Made by a program: the position numbers and the translations under genes | Source of the DNA: a bacterium | Lineage (GTDB): Bacteria > Patescibacteriota > Patescibacteriia > JBAXGH01 | NCBI GenBank assembly: GCA_037139515.1 | Contig: JBAXGH010000005.1 | Location: 1-62,597 of the forward strand | DNA length: 62,597 nucleotides | Direction: 5' to 3' | Notes under the pieces: model-generated | Told to the model about the DNA's origin: nothing | The model's database searches: none | The model's input: the letters and a program-made list of their open reading frames with translations, nothing else | Shown here: positions 38,532 through 47,194 of the stretch, piece after piece | How positions within the stretch are numbered: position 1 is the first letter of the stretch | How the letters are laid out: the number at the start of each line of letters is the position of its first letter

Positions 38532-40094
38532 TCAGACGGACGTGTTCACGAGTTGGAGCTCTCTGATTCTTTCGTGCAGGGTGACGGCTTCCTTCGAAAG
38601 CGGGTGGCCGTTCTTTGCGATGAAGGAAATCATTCCCTTCGATTCGGCGAGCATCCTCTGGCGCGTGAGCCAGCGCACCGCTTCACCGTATTGCCGTCGG
38701 CTGAACTGACTCCCGAAGTTCTGCTCGATTTGCAGAACCAGCTTTTCGTTCGCGATAGGCGCCTTCATGCCCGAAATGTACGACAGGATGATTTGAGCGT
38801 GAAGCGCGACACCTCTTTCGCGAATCACGTCTTTCACCTGCAACGCGCCGTATTCGAAGGCGGGCTTGAATTCTTCCGGCTTCGATTGGATTTCAACCGA
38901 GGGTTCTTTCGAATTAGGCGCCTCGATTTCCGTGAAGTCCGCCGCGTGCCGGGTTTCTTTGTACATCGCGAGACGCTCGGCTCGGGTCATGGGTTTGGAG
39001 GACGGCGGAGTGCTGCTCGACAGCGGCTTCTTTTCTGCAGCATTCCGTTCCGCATCTGCAGTTTCCTGCAGTTTCCCGCGGCGCTCGTCTTCGGGAAGCT
39101 TCGCGAGCAAATCGACGAGCTTTTTGAAGCTTGCACGTCCGCGGCTGTGCTTTGCCGCGTCGAGCGCAAGTCCGGAGCCAATCTTCAGAACCGCAGTAAC
39201 CACTTCGTGGGCGGGGATGAGGGAAGAGAACTGGTTGCAGATTCGCGATGTGTTCAGGATTTCACCGCGCGCTCCCAGCGTCTTGATTTCCTCGACGCCG
39301 CAAATCGTCAGGCAGTCACGGATGAAGACTCCGCATTCGTGGACTTCCTCGGTCGTCTTTGCGAGCGCCTCGAGTGTCTCCGAATTGAGCTGACTCAGTC
39401 GCTTGGTGCTGTCATGCACCTTCAAGCCGGAGCACATGCTGACCTTGGCCATGTTGTTATAGATGGTCATGAGCGAGTCGCGTTTGCCGAAAACCGCTTC
39501 CCTTGGAACCTTCAGGTCCTCCGGAGTTTTGGTCGGCACGAACTTCCAAAGTTGTGCACTTGCGACGAAGAGGTCGATCATTTCCTGCCAGTCGGCTTCA
39601 TTCAATTCCGCGAGTCTCGGCAGATCTTGGGCGTCTTGAGGATAGTTCACGCTTCTCCCAAAAACCTCACGAGCCTCATCACAGGTCGGGACTGAGTCGA
39701 GCGCCATCATGATTTCGTGGAAGCGCGCCGCTCCGAGATTGTGGATGACGTCGTGGTTTGGGAGTATCACCGCATTCCTATCCGTGCGAGCGCGCGGCAA
39801 AGTTTGATCGACATGAATATCAACGCTCTGCAGCCAGTATTGGTAACTGGCACATTTTTCGGTGTGCTTTTGTTCAATGCACACGAGCGGGATGGGCTGC
39901 TTCGGAAGGCTGAAACTCCCGAAATATGATTCAGCCAACTCCTTCCAGTCAGCATCGGTCCATCCATTCACGGCTTTCGGGAGACGCTTCGTGAGGCAAG
40001 ATCGAAATGCATCCGCGAAGTGCGTGAAGAGCTGAGTTCTTGTCAGGTCGCGCAGGGAAATCGTAACATCGCCTTTTTCGTTGACCATTTTCAT
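38532..40094 (-). CDS. uncharacterised 520-aa protein, paralogue 1, with a C-terminal winged-helix-like module
   Basis: SD GGGAG. Shares blocks with 40221-41771: TISLRD, ARFHE, FIRDCLTIC, LVDLLAKLPE, LQVKDVI, LHAQ, FSRR..GEAVRWL. Confidence 0.75.
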   Translation of the reverse strand: MKMVNEKGDVTISLRDLTRTQLFTHFADAFRSCLTKRLPKAVNGWTDADWKELAESYFGSFSLPKQPIPLVCIEQKHTEKCASYQYWLQSVDIHVDQTLPRARTDRNAVILPNHDVIHNLGAARFHEIMMALDSVPTCDEAREVFGRSVNYPQDAQDLPRLAELNEADWQEMIDLFVASAQLWKFVPTKTPEDLKVPREAVFGKRDSLMTIYNNMAKVSMCSGLKVHDSTKRLSQLNSETLEALAKTTEEVHECGVFIRDCLTICGVEEIKTLGARGEILNTSRICNQFSSLIPAHEVVTAVLKIGSGLALDAAKHSRGRASFKKLVDLLAKLPEDERRGKLQETADAERNAAEKKPLSSSTPPSSKPMTRAERLAMYKETRHAADFTEIEAPNSKEPSVEIQSKPEEFKPAFEYGALQVKDVIRERGVALHAQIILSYISGMKAPIANEKLVLQIEQNFGSQFSRRQYGEAVRWLTRQRMLAESKGMISFIAKNGHPLSKEAVTLHERIRELQLVNTSV

Positions 40095-40135
40095 TTTGAA
40101 TCTCCCTTGGTGAGCGCATATTTCAGCGCTTTTTG

Positions 40136-40183
40136 GAAAGGTCCTACTTGTGCTATTTGGCCATGTTTACACGATATTGTCAA
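40136..40183 (-). promoter_or_regulatory. conserved upstream block of paralogue 1 (contains TTGACA)
   Basis: Minus strand reads TTGACAATATCGTGTAAACATGGCCAAATAGCACAAGTAGGACCTTTCC, which matches the block at 41811-41857. Confidence 0.5.
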
Positions 40184-40220
40184 GCTCTCGAATTTGACGA
40201 TTAAAAAAGCCCGCGAACTG

Positions 40221-41771
40221 CTAGTTAAGCTGGTTTGCGAGCAGGGAATTGATACGGTCATAAAGGAGCGAGGCTTCCTTCGAGAGCTTGCGCTCGGAGC
40301 GCTTCAGGAACACGAACCGGTTTTTGCTTCCATCGATGAGTCCGTTCTTGCTGAGCCATCGAATCGCTTCGCCGAACAGTCGTCGGCTGAACCTGGAAGC
40401 GAGTTCGGCTTCGACTTTTGCGAGCAGCGCTTCGGCCGCGATGGCGTCATCTTGGCCAACGAGATTTGCGAGGATGCTTTGAGCGTGTAGACCCACGGCC
40501 TTTTCCACAATCACATCTTTCACTTGAAGCTCAGAATACTTGAAAGGTGCGATTTTGATTTCGGCGGCGGGCATGATTTCGGGCACCAGCTCGACTGGCT
40601 GTTCCGGGTCGGTTTCGACTTCGGCGAGCTCTAGAGCTTCTTCGTAGGCACGCTTGCGCTCTTCGCGTGTGAGCGGCTTCGGCGAGCTGATCGACGGCTG
40701 CGAAGGTGGCGAACTTGGTGTCTGGTTCGCACTCATTTCCTTGAGCTTTGCAAAACGCTCGGCTTCGGGGAGTTTCGCGAGCAAATCGACGAGGCGTTCG
40801 AAAGCTTTCTTTCGGCCGAGAACGCTTCTCGCGGCTTCGAGCGTCAGCAAGGCGCCGAGCTTCAGAGCGGCTTTGACGATGATGTTTGGCGAGAGGGTTG
40901 CTCTGAACTCGCGCCAGATGACAACTACATTCGTAAGCTCATTGCGTCCGGAAACCGTCTTCACGTCTTCCGGGTTGCAAATCGTGAGACATTCACGCAC
41001 GAAGAGGTTATTCGGAAAAGCTTGGCAGGCAACTTCGAGGAGCTGGACGATGCTTGTTTCATCGAGACTATTCAGCACCACGGAGCAGCTCGTCGTTTCA
41101 AGGTCGGCGTAATCCATGATTTGAAAGATGCTGACAACAAGATCGCCGAGACACTTCTGCCAAAGAAGACTCACTTTGGTTGGCAATCTTTTCGCCGCGA
41201 AGAAGGGAGAAACCTTCGCGGTCAGCATCCTGGCACCGGCGAGGATGGCAACTTTGAGCGTTTGCCATTCGTACTCGCTGTGTTCACGGAGAGGCTTGCG
41301 CCCGTCGATTGTCTCGAACCGATCCATGCACTCAAGAAACGCCACCTGGCAGTCTTCATGGAGCGGCAGCGTGATGAACTCGCGCATGACTTCATGAAAC
41401 CGCGCGGAACCCATTTTTTCGGCACAGAGATTGCTTGGTAGCATGACTGTGCCCTGACCGGGCGGGAAGCGCAGAAAAGTTCGGCTGATGTGTTCGCCGA
41501 CGATCTGTTTCCACACCGGAACTGCGTAGCAATCCGTGTTCTTGTGGTTTTCTACGATGCACTTGTATGGCAAATGAGTTTCGAGCCGGAAGTTCCGGAA
41601 GTAGTACTCAGCTGCATCGAGCCAGGTAGCTTCGGTCCAGTCGCCGATTGACTCCGGGACCATTTCGACCAGGTTTTCACGGAACGTTGTCTTGAAGCAC
41701 CGGAATAGTTCGGCGCGTGAGATATCACGCATCGAAATCGTTGCTTCGCCTTCGTCGTTGATTAGATCCAC
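40221..41771 (-). CDS. uncharacterised 516-aa protein, paralogue 2
   Basis: GTG start preceded by AAGGAG. Homologous to 38532-40094 along its full length. Confidence 0.75.
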   Translation of the reverse strand: MDLINDEGEATISMRDISRAELFRCFKTTFRENLVEMVPESIGDWTEATWLDAAEYYFRNFRLETHLPYKCIVENHKNTDCYAVPVWKQIVGEHISRTFLRFPPGQGTVMLPSNLCAEKMGSARFHEVMREFITLPLHEDCQVAFLECMDRFETIDGRKPLREHSEYEWQTLKVAILAGARMLTAKVSPFFAAKRLPTKVSLLWQKCLGDLVVSIFQIMDYADLETTSCSVVLNSLDETSIVQLLEVACQAFPNNLFVRECLTICNPEDVKTVSGRNELTNVVVIWREFRATLSPNIIVKAALKLGALLTLEAARSVLGRKKAFERLVDLLAKLPEAERFAKLKEMSANQTPSSPPSQPSISSPKPLTREERKRAYEEALELAEVETDPEQPVELVPEIMPAAEIKIAPFKYSELQVKDVIVEKAVGLHAQSILANLVGQDDAIAAEALLAKVEAELASRFSRRLFGEAIRWLSKNGLIDGSKNRFVFLKRSERKLSKEASLLYDRINSLLANQLN

Positions 41772-41810
41772 GTCTGACTCCTTCTTTGAGCGCCTCTTGG
41801 CGCTTCGGGG

Positions 41811-41857
41811 AAAGGTACTGCGTGCGTAATTTGGCCATGTTTAGACACTTTTGTCAA
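41811..41857 (-). promoter_or_regulatory. conserved upstream block of paralogue 2 (contains TTGACA)
   Basis: Minus strand reads TTGACAAAAGTGTCTAAACATGGCCAAATTACGCACGCAGTACCTTTCC. Confidence 0.5.
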
Positions 41858-41876
41858 CTTGCGATATATTCGGGTT

Positions 41877-43238
41877 ATGCCATTCCCGAAGAATATCATC
41901 ATTAAGAGCGGAAAGCTGCCGGAAAACCCGGGGGTTTACTTTTATTATGATCCCAAGGGAAAGCTTCTATATGTAGGTAAGGCGACTTCTTTAAAGCGCC
42001 GAGTTTCTTCGTATTTCAACAAAACTCACGATGATTTCAAGACCGGCGAATTGGTTTCGCGGATTTATCGGATTGAATATGAAACCACTGAAACGGTGAT
42101 TGAAGCCCTTGTCTTGGAGGCGAACATGATTCGAAAGTTCCTGCCGCCGTTTAATATCAAAGGCAAGGATGATAAATCGTTTTTGTATTTGTGTATCACG
42201 CGTGAGAAGTTTCCGCGACCTTTGATGTATCGCGGTGGGGAATTGGAAGACATGGGTTATGTTTTGAATAAGCTTGGCGCACCGGAAAGTCGTCGCGATA
42301 AAAAATTCCTGGCGATTTTCGGGCCGTATACGAGCGGGCCATCTTTGTGCGCATCGCTCAAACTGATTCGCAAGTCGATTCCGTTTTGCACGCAGGGACG
42401 CATCGTGCGACGGGGACTGTCCCCAAAGCCGCAGGGGACTGTCCCCTCGCACGATGATGCGTTATCAGATAGGCAAAAAACGCGGGCTTGTTTTTATTAT
42501 CATATCAAGCAGTGCCCGGGAGTTTGCGTCGGCGCGATTGAACCGAAAGAATATCGAAAATATATTCGCGATTTGATTCGCATTTTTTCGGGCAAGAAAA
42601 AAGATATTATCCGTGATTTGAAACGGGGGATGAACGAAGCTTCGGCCGCTCAGGAATACGAACGTGCGGCACTGCTTCGAAACCGCTTGTATGCGCTGAC
42701 TCACATTCACGACGTGGCAGTGATTACTTCGGAACGCGTGGCTGAGGCTGATCAGGGAGCTAAGCTTGGACGCATCGAAGCCTACGATATTTCAAATATC
42801 TCGGGGACAAATTCCGTTGGCTCGATGACGGTTGCGATAAATGGCGAGCCCGCGCCAAGCGAATATCGCAAGTTCAAGATTCGCACGGTAAAAGGCGCGG
42901 ATGATTTTGCTTCGATGGCCGAGGTTTTATCGCGACGATTTTCGGACAAGAATCGGGCGGCGTGGGGAGTACCGGATTTGATTGTGATCGATGGCGGCTC
43001 GGGCCAGGTTCATGCGGCGCGAAAAGTCTTATTGTCATACGGACTAGATATTCCGTTAGTTGGTTTAGCGAAGGGCTTTGATCGCAAGCAGGACGTTCTG
43101 GTTTTTGATCGGAATAATCCTGAGTTAAAAAAATCAGCTGAGAGGTTTAAGTTGATTTTGCAAAAGGTTCGCGATGAAGCGCACCGGTTTGCCGTAGCAT
43201 ATCATCGCAATCTGCGTGGTCGAATGATGTTTAAATAG
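41877..43238 (+). CDS. uvrC: excinuclease ABC subunit C (short, apparently no C-terminal HhH)
   Basis: GIY-YIG motif (GVYFYYDPKGKLLYVGKA), UVR motif (EYERAALLRNRL), RNase H-like endonuclease domain. Confidence 0.9.
   Translation: MPFPKNIIIKSGKLPENPGVYFYYDPKGKLLYVGKATSLKRRVSSYFNKTHDDFKTGELVSRIYRIEYETTETVIEALVLEANMIRKFLPPFNIKGKDDKSFLYLCITREKFPRPLMYRGGELEDMGYVLNKLGAPESRRDKKFLAIFGPYTSGPSLCASLKLIRKSIPFCTQGRIVRRGLSPKPQGTVPSHDDALSDRQKTRACFYYHIKQCPGVCVGAIEPKEYRKYIRDLIRIFSGKKKDIIRDLKRGMNEASAAQEYERAALLRNRLYALTHIHDVAVITSERVAEADQGAKLGRIEAYDISNISGTNSVGSMTVAINGEPAPSEYRKFKIRTVKGADDFASMAEVLSRRFSDKNRAAWGVPDLIVIDGGSGQVHAARKVLLSYGLDIPLVGLAKGFDRKQDVLVFDRNNPELKKSAERFKLILQKVRDEAHRFAVAYHRNLRGRMMFK
42401..42456. 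repeat. R2 paired-palindrome element inside the uvrC coding sequence
   Basis: CATCGTGCGA-c-GGGGACTGTCCCC-aaagccgca-GGGGACTGTCCCC-TCGCACGATG. It is read through as RIVRRGLSPKPQGTVPSHDD. Confidence 0.85.
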
Positions 43239-43253
43239 AATAACACTTGAAAG

Positions 43254-43290
43254 GGGACTGTCCCCTTAAGCCACAAAGGGGACTGTCCCC
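43254..43290. repeat. R2 paired palindromes
   Basis: GGGGACTGTCCCC-N11-GGGGACTGTCCCC, 16 nt after the uvrC stop. Confidence 0.85.
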
Positions 43291-43492
43291 TTAGGAGCTA
43301 AAAGGGGCAGACCTCTTTTTTTGATTGTCTTTGTTGTTCGGAATTGCTTGTGGATAATTCGCTAGGTTTAGGCAATATGGCTCAATCGAGTGTCAAAGAC
43401 CATTGACACATTCCTCAAAAAATGCTATCCTACGTTTCGTCCTGCAGTTGGAGGAATCCGGCAGGAATACCCTAACAATCTAAATAAACATT

Positions 43493-44071
43493 ATGTTGAA
43501 ACGCTTAATTGCTGTTCTCGCCATAGTGCTTACCTCGGGTCTTCTTGCCACTCCGCTCGTCGCCTCAGCTGCTACGTGCCCGTGTGTGTGCGAAACGACT
43601 CCGGTAGTGCACATCGGTGACCTTATTAAGGTCGCTGACCGTTCTACGGTGTTCTACATCGCTGAAAACGGTAAACGCTATAACTTCCCGAATGCGGGAG
43701 TTTACAAGTCTTGGTTCGGTAACGACTTCTCGAAAGTGAAGACCGTTTCCAAAGCGGAGCTTCAGCTTCGCCCGCTCGGTGGATACGTTTCGTATCGCCC
43801 GGGTACCAAGCTCATCCAGTTCAACGGTTCGAGCGCTGTTTATGCCATCGGCAAGAACGGTGAACTCCGACACCTTGAAACCCCAAAGGTTGCCGCCGAA
43901 ATTTTCGGTGCTAACTGGAAGAAAATGATCGTGAAATTGCCGGCTTCTTTCTACGGTGCCTATTCGAACTCTTTCGTCATTAAAACGGCGTCTGATTACA
44001 CGAAGGTTACCCAGTCTGAACCTGTCGAAATCTCGTTCACCGTGCCGCTTCACATGACTGTGATGCGCTAA
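43493..44071 (+). CDS. secreted hypothetical protein
   Basis: Signal-peptide-like MLKRLIAVLAIVLTSGLLATPLVASA. Confidence 0.6.
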   Translation: MLKRLIAVLAIVLTSGLLATPLVASAATCPCVCETTPVVHIGDLIKVADRSTVFYIAENGKRYNFPNAGVYKSWFGNDFSKVKTVSKAELQLRPLGGYVSYRPGTKLIQFNGSSAVYAIGKNGELRHLETPKVAAEIFGANWKKMIVKLPASFYGAYSNSFVIKTASDYTKVTQSEPVEISFTVPLHMTVMR

Positions 44072-44085
44072 AGGTAAAAACGAAG

Positions 44086-44114
44086 ACTCCCCTTAATCGG
44101 GGAGTTTTTGTTTG
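44086..44114 (+). terminator. rho-independent terminator
   Basis: ACTCCCC-ttaatc-GGGGAGT followed by TTTTGTTTG. Confidence 0.7.
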
Positions 44115-44127
44115 TATTCTCCTGGTT

Positions 44128-44150
44128 GTCATCCCGAAGCCGAGGGATCT
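44128..44150 (+). repeat. R1 hairpin repeat
   Basis: GTCATCCCGAAGCCGAGGGATCT. Confidence 0.85.
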
Positions 44151-44231
44151 AGTCATGGTTTTTCGCTTTACTCAAGATGACGAACGGGGGTAGAGTATCT
44201 TTGGAAACCGTTCCAAACCAGAGGAAAGGAG

Positions 44232-44606
44232 ATGGAGATGGAGCTCGGACTGCTTGGGTTCTTGCTCATGATGCTCGTTCCGATCATGCAATCGCACATG
44301 CTGGAGCCGTATTTAGGGAGACTCCGCCTGAAGCGGGCGATTTACGAGCTTGCTTGCGAATTCGATGTCTGGAGGTTGCCAATGTTGCCGGTCGCCGCAC
44401 ACACGCAGTCGATGTTCGCTCAGCTTCAGATGCCGCGTTTTGGCGCCGTGATTGGTGCCGCCGCCTGGCTTGCCGTTCTTTGTTTGGCTTTTGGGCCGCT
44501 CTTTTTCTATGATCAGAGCCCCGGGAAGCAGCTTTTCCACGAGAAACCGGAGTTCAGGTTCGTGAGTCCGGACATGCCAAATACGGCCATCTGTCCAAGC
44601 CGCTGA
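44232..44606 (+). CDS. hypothetical membrane protein
   Basis: SD AAGGAG, two hydrophobic segments. Confidence 0.55.
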   Translation: MEMELGLLGFLLMMLVPIMQSHMLEPYLGRLRLKRAIYELACEFDVWRLPMLPVAAHTQSMFAQLQMPRFGAVIGAAAWLAVLCLAFGPLFFYDQSPGKQLFHEKPEFRFVSPDMPNTAICPSR

Positions 44607-44622
44607 AAAGCGGTCTTTTTTA
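44600..44622 (+). terminator. rho-independent terminator
   Basis: CCGCT-gaaa-AGCGG followed by TCTTTTTT. Confidence 0.7.
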
Positions 44623-44658
44623 TCGCTAGAATTAGCCTATTTATCATGTCAGAAAGAC

Positions 44659-44687
44659 TTGACATAAACTATTAAATATGATATGAT
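44659..44687 (+). promoter_or_regulatory. candidate sigma70-like promoter
   Basis: TTGACA, 17-nt spacer, TATGAT. Confidence 0.5.
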
Positions 44688-44755
44688 TTACTAGCAAACA
44701 AGTACTTTATTCGCTCACTACCGCGTCGGCCTTGGCTGACGCAGAAGGGTTTTCT

Positions 44756-45106
44756 GTGAAGACGCTCTTGTTGGTCCTCTCGCTGATGGTGATTTCCACC
44801 CCCGTCCTGGCTCAATCCGAGCCTTCCGCCCCGATGGCCCCGTTCCCGCCGCCGGCCCCAGCCGCTCCGGTCGCACCCGGCACTCGTCCCGCCAAGCCGA
44901 AGACCACCACGGTGGTCTTGGTCGACTGGGTGAAAGTCAACGCGGTCCTCGGCTTCATCGTCAACAGCAGTGCCCGCGGTTTCGCGAAGGGCTGGCACAC
45001 GCCGCTCCCGAAGAACTCTCCGCAGACGAGCGGGAGCAGGACGACGGTGCACCGTTACGGCGTCCCCGGCGCCATGGTCACGGAGACCTGCCGGGATTGC
45101 CGATAG
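44756..45106 (+). CDS. secreted Pro/Ala-rich hypothetical protein
   Basis: GTG start after GAAGGG. Signal-like KTLLLVLSLMVISTPVLAQ. Confidence 0.5.
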   Translation: MKTLLLVLSLMVISTPVLAQSEPSAPMAPFPPPAPAAPVAPGTRPAKPKTTTVVLVDWVKVNAVLGFIVNSSARGFAKGWHTPLPKNSPQTSGSRTTVHRYGVPGAMVTETCRDCR

Positions 45107-45144
45107 TCGATTCACCCTCGGCAGTTATCCGGAATTTTCCAGTT

Positions 45145-45193
45145 GTCATCCTTCGGCCCTCCCGTTGTCATCCCGAAGCCGAGGGATCTTGAA
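45145..45193 (+). repeat. partial plus full R1 hairpin repeat
   Basis: GTCATCCTTCGGCCCTCCC followed by GTCATCCCGAAGCCGAGGGATCTTGAA. Confidence 0.85.
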
Positions 45194-45238
45194 GAGGTTG
45201 TGTGGCGGATCGAAAGGTTCGCCGGAAAGGAAAGCAGC

Positions 45239-45406
45239 ATGTTGAGCCTCACCCTCGCCGCGTTCCTGTCTCTCCCGACCCCGATGATGCCCGCGAGTAC
45301 CGTGCCCGCTGGCATCATCCCCACCCTCATCGCCCTCCGCGTCCCGGTCGGGCTGGAGGCGGAGAAGCGCAAGAAGCATCACAACAAGAAGCGGCGCAGC
45401 AAGTAG
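45239..45406 (+). CDS. small hypothetical protein with a basic tail
   Basis: 55 aa, ends KRKKHHNKKRRSK. Weak call. Confidence 0.35.
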   Translation: MLSLTLAAFLSLPTPMMPASTVPAGIIPTLIALRVPVGLEAEKRKKHHNKKRRSK

Positions 45407-45491
45407 TAGCACCGCTTCAGCCCGCCCACCACCGTCCGGTCGTACAGATTCATTTGTGCGGCCGGACTTTTCAAACTCAGTAAAGGTTCCC

Positions 45492-45552
45492 GGCGAGCGC
45501 CTTAACAAAGCTCGCCCCTAAACTTTGAGCCATCACATTCCCGTGTTGGCTC
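45492..45552 (+). repeat. island spacer, type B hairpin plus pre-SD hairpin
   Basis: GGCGAGC-gccttaacaaa-GCTCGCC, then GAGCCA-tcacattcccgtgt-TGGCTC, then GGAG and ATG 45571. Confidence 0.75.
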
Positions 45553-45570
45553 GAACGAACGGAGAAAGTC

Positions 45571-45828
45571 ATGATTGAAGGAGACGCAATTCTCGGTGAT
45601 ATCGTGGAGGTCATGCACTATGACCGCAATCGACAACAGAACACGTTTTGGCGTGACGTTTACCATCGCATCACGGCGCACGCCGGTCATCGCGAGGGGA
45701 ACTGCATGTCTCACAATATGCAGATTCTGTGCGGTCGGCGAACGGAAGAGGTGATCGCGGTTGCGCGCGACCTCGGCGTCGATCCGCGGACCGAAGACCT
45801 CGCGACGCTGCTCGGACTCGTTCAGTAG
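45571..45828 (+). CDS. hypothetical protein
   Basis: SD GGAGAAAG, 85 aa. Confidence 0.55.
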   Translation: MIEGDAILGDIVEVMHYDRNRQQNTFWRDVYHRITAHAGHREGNCMSHNMQILCGRRTEEVIAVARDLGVDPRTEDLATLLGLVQ

Positions 45829-45840
45829 TAGGAGGGCCAG

Positions 45841-46146
45841 ATGACGGTTGAAGAGAGGTTGATAAGAGCACGAAAGTCGGCGGATTCGGCACGAGCCAAG
45901 GCGGAGAGTTTGGCCCTGGAAATGCCAATCGAAGAGACCCGGCTGGCAGCCGAAATGAACCGCGAAGTCGTTATGCGGATTGGTGAGACCATCGCTGCTC
46001 TCAAGGGCGATGATCACGACAGGTTCATGGCGGCGTGGCATCAGGCTGATGCAGCCGCGGCAAAGCTCATCGGCTTGAACAATCTGATGATCGCGGCGAT
46101 CAGAAAGATTGTCGAACGTTCGGGGGCTTCGGGCGAGTGCGTTTGA
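45841..46146 (+). CDS. hypothetical helical protein
   Basis: SD AGGAGGG, 101 aa. Confidence 0.55.
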   Translation: MTVEERLIRARKSADSARAKAESLALEMPIEETRLAAEMNREVVMRIGETIAALKGDDHDRFMAAWHQADAAAAKLIGLNNLMIAAIRKIVERSGASGECV

Positions 46147-46162
46147 AGCGGTGCTCTTTAAA

Positions 46163-46265
46163 GGTCCGGAAGTATCCTGCTGCTCGAAGTCTTAACTGAC
46201 TCGCGCGAAAATTCCGTCCCTGTCATGTTCCAACATTCAACCGGCGACGAATCAACTTTGTCGTC
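46163..46265 (+). repeat. island spacer, type A hairpin plus pre-SD hairpin
   Basis: GGTCCGGAAGTATCCTGCTGCTCGAAGTCTTAACTGACTCGCGCGAAAATTCC, then GACGA-atcaactttg-TCGTC, then AGAAGGG and ATG 46279. Confidence 0.75.
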
Positions 46266-46278
46266 AGAAGGGAAATTC

Positions 46279-46782
46279 ATGTTTGCGCAAATGATTCCGA
46301 TGTTCGTGTTGGTGGCAGGTTCGACGTCAGGCGACTGGAGCAGTTCGACCAGCTCGACGAACGGTCATTGTTCGTCTTCCTCGTATGCGACGTTCATGAG
46401 TGAGGAATATCGGGCGCCGGTAGATGTCACCGAACAAGATGTCGCAATGCCGTCGCCGGTCGCCGTCGAAGCGTCGAATCGCTGGATGGTATTCTCGCCC
46501 AGTGTTTCCGCGAGCGGTTGCTCGAGCGAGTGCGTGTGGACGCAGAGTTCGAGTTCGAGTTACTTCGCGCCCGAGTACTTTCTTCCGCTCACCCGCATCG
46601 AGCAATTCGAGCCGCACCTTGTTGAGCGGGGCAACGTGAGTGGCGAAAAGCTCAGCCAGCCCGTCGGCGAAGAGCGCGCACAAGCGGGTTTCGGAGCGAT
46701 GATGTGGATCGAGCCCGCTCAGCTCAACTCCCGAGACGGCCGCAGCAAGAAGCAGCGCAGCCGCACTCGAAGAAAGAAGTGA
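46279..46782 (+). CDS. Ser-rich hypothetical protein with a basic tail
   Basis: ATG 46279 follows the spacer. The last ~20 codons lie inside a sequence duplicated at 48462-48529. Confidence 0.5.
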   Translation: MFAQMIPMFVLVAGSTSGDWSSSTSSTNGHCSSSSYATFMSEEYRAPVDVTEQDVAMPSPVAVEASNRWMVFSPSVSASGCSSECVWTQSSSSSYFAPEYFLPLTRIEQFEPHLVERGNVSGEKLSQPVGEERAQAGFGAMMWIEPAQLNSRDGRSKKQRSRTRRKK

Positions 46783-46793
46783 GCTGTTTAAAA

Positions 46794-46884
46794 GGTCCGG
46801 AAGTATCCTGCGCTTGAAGTCTTAACCGGTTCGCGCGAAACTTCCATCCCCAATTCAGCGCATCACAACCCGTGGTGAACTGAA
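46794..46884 (+). repeat. island spacer, type A hairpin plus pre-SD hairpin
   Basis: GGTCCGGAAGTATCCTGCGCTTGAAGTCTTAACCGGTTCGCGCGAAACTTCCATCCCC, then TTCAG-cgCAtCACaacccGTGgTGaa-CTGAA, then AGGAG. Confidence 0.8.
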
Positions 46885-46894
46885 AGGAGTAAGA

Positions 46895-47140
46895 ATGGAA
46901 AAAGCTCAGCTGATTCTCACAATCGACTGCAAGCGGGCAATCCCTGTTATGTCCGGCGCCTTCATCCGGTTTCATGGCGAAACCGTCGGTGATGACGAGG
47001 ATGATGAGCTGGTCGCCAAGATTATTGCCGCTGAAGCCTACGGCGACTCGCAAGCGGAGGCGCACAAGGCGCTTCTCAGAAAGCTCGAAGACCCCAGGCT
47101 GAGTCCACTGAAAATGTGGATTCGGAGTCTCGAGTTCTAG
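46895..47140 (+). CDS. hypothetical acidic protein
   Basis: SD AAGGAG, 81 aa. Confidence 0.55.
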   Translation: MEKAQLILTIDCKRAIPVMSGAFIRFHGETVGDDEDDELVAKIIAAEAYGDSQAEAHKALLRKLEDPRLSPLKMWIRSLEF

Positions 47141-47194
47141 TCCTTTCTCTGGTTATTAACAGGGGACAGTCCCCAGTGAATAGCTCACGGTTCC

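Noticed and set aside
38508-39695. 395-aa ORF on the plus strand (and 40654-41441 ORFs)
   Set aside because: These are antisense shadows of the GC-richer paralogue genes. The minus-strand ORFs are full length, mutually homologous and preceded by SDs.
44672-46041. Several 85-180-aa minus-strand ORFs (44672-45115, 45146-45508, 45502-46041)
   Set aside because: They are Arg/Gly/Pro-rich antisense translations of GC-rich plus-strand genes and repeats. None has an SD, and all cross spacer hairpins.
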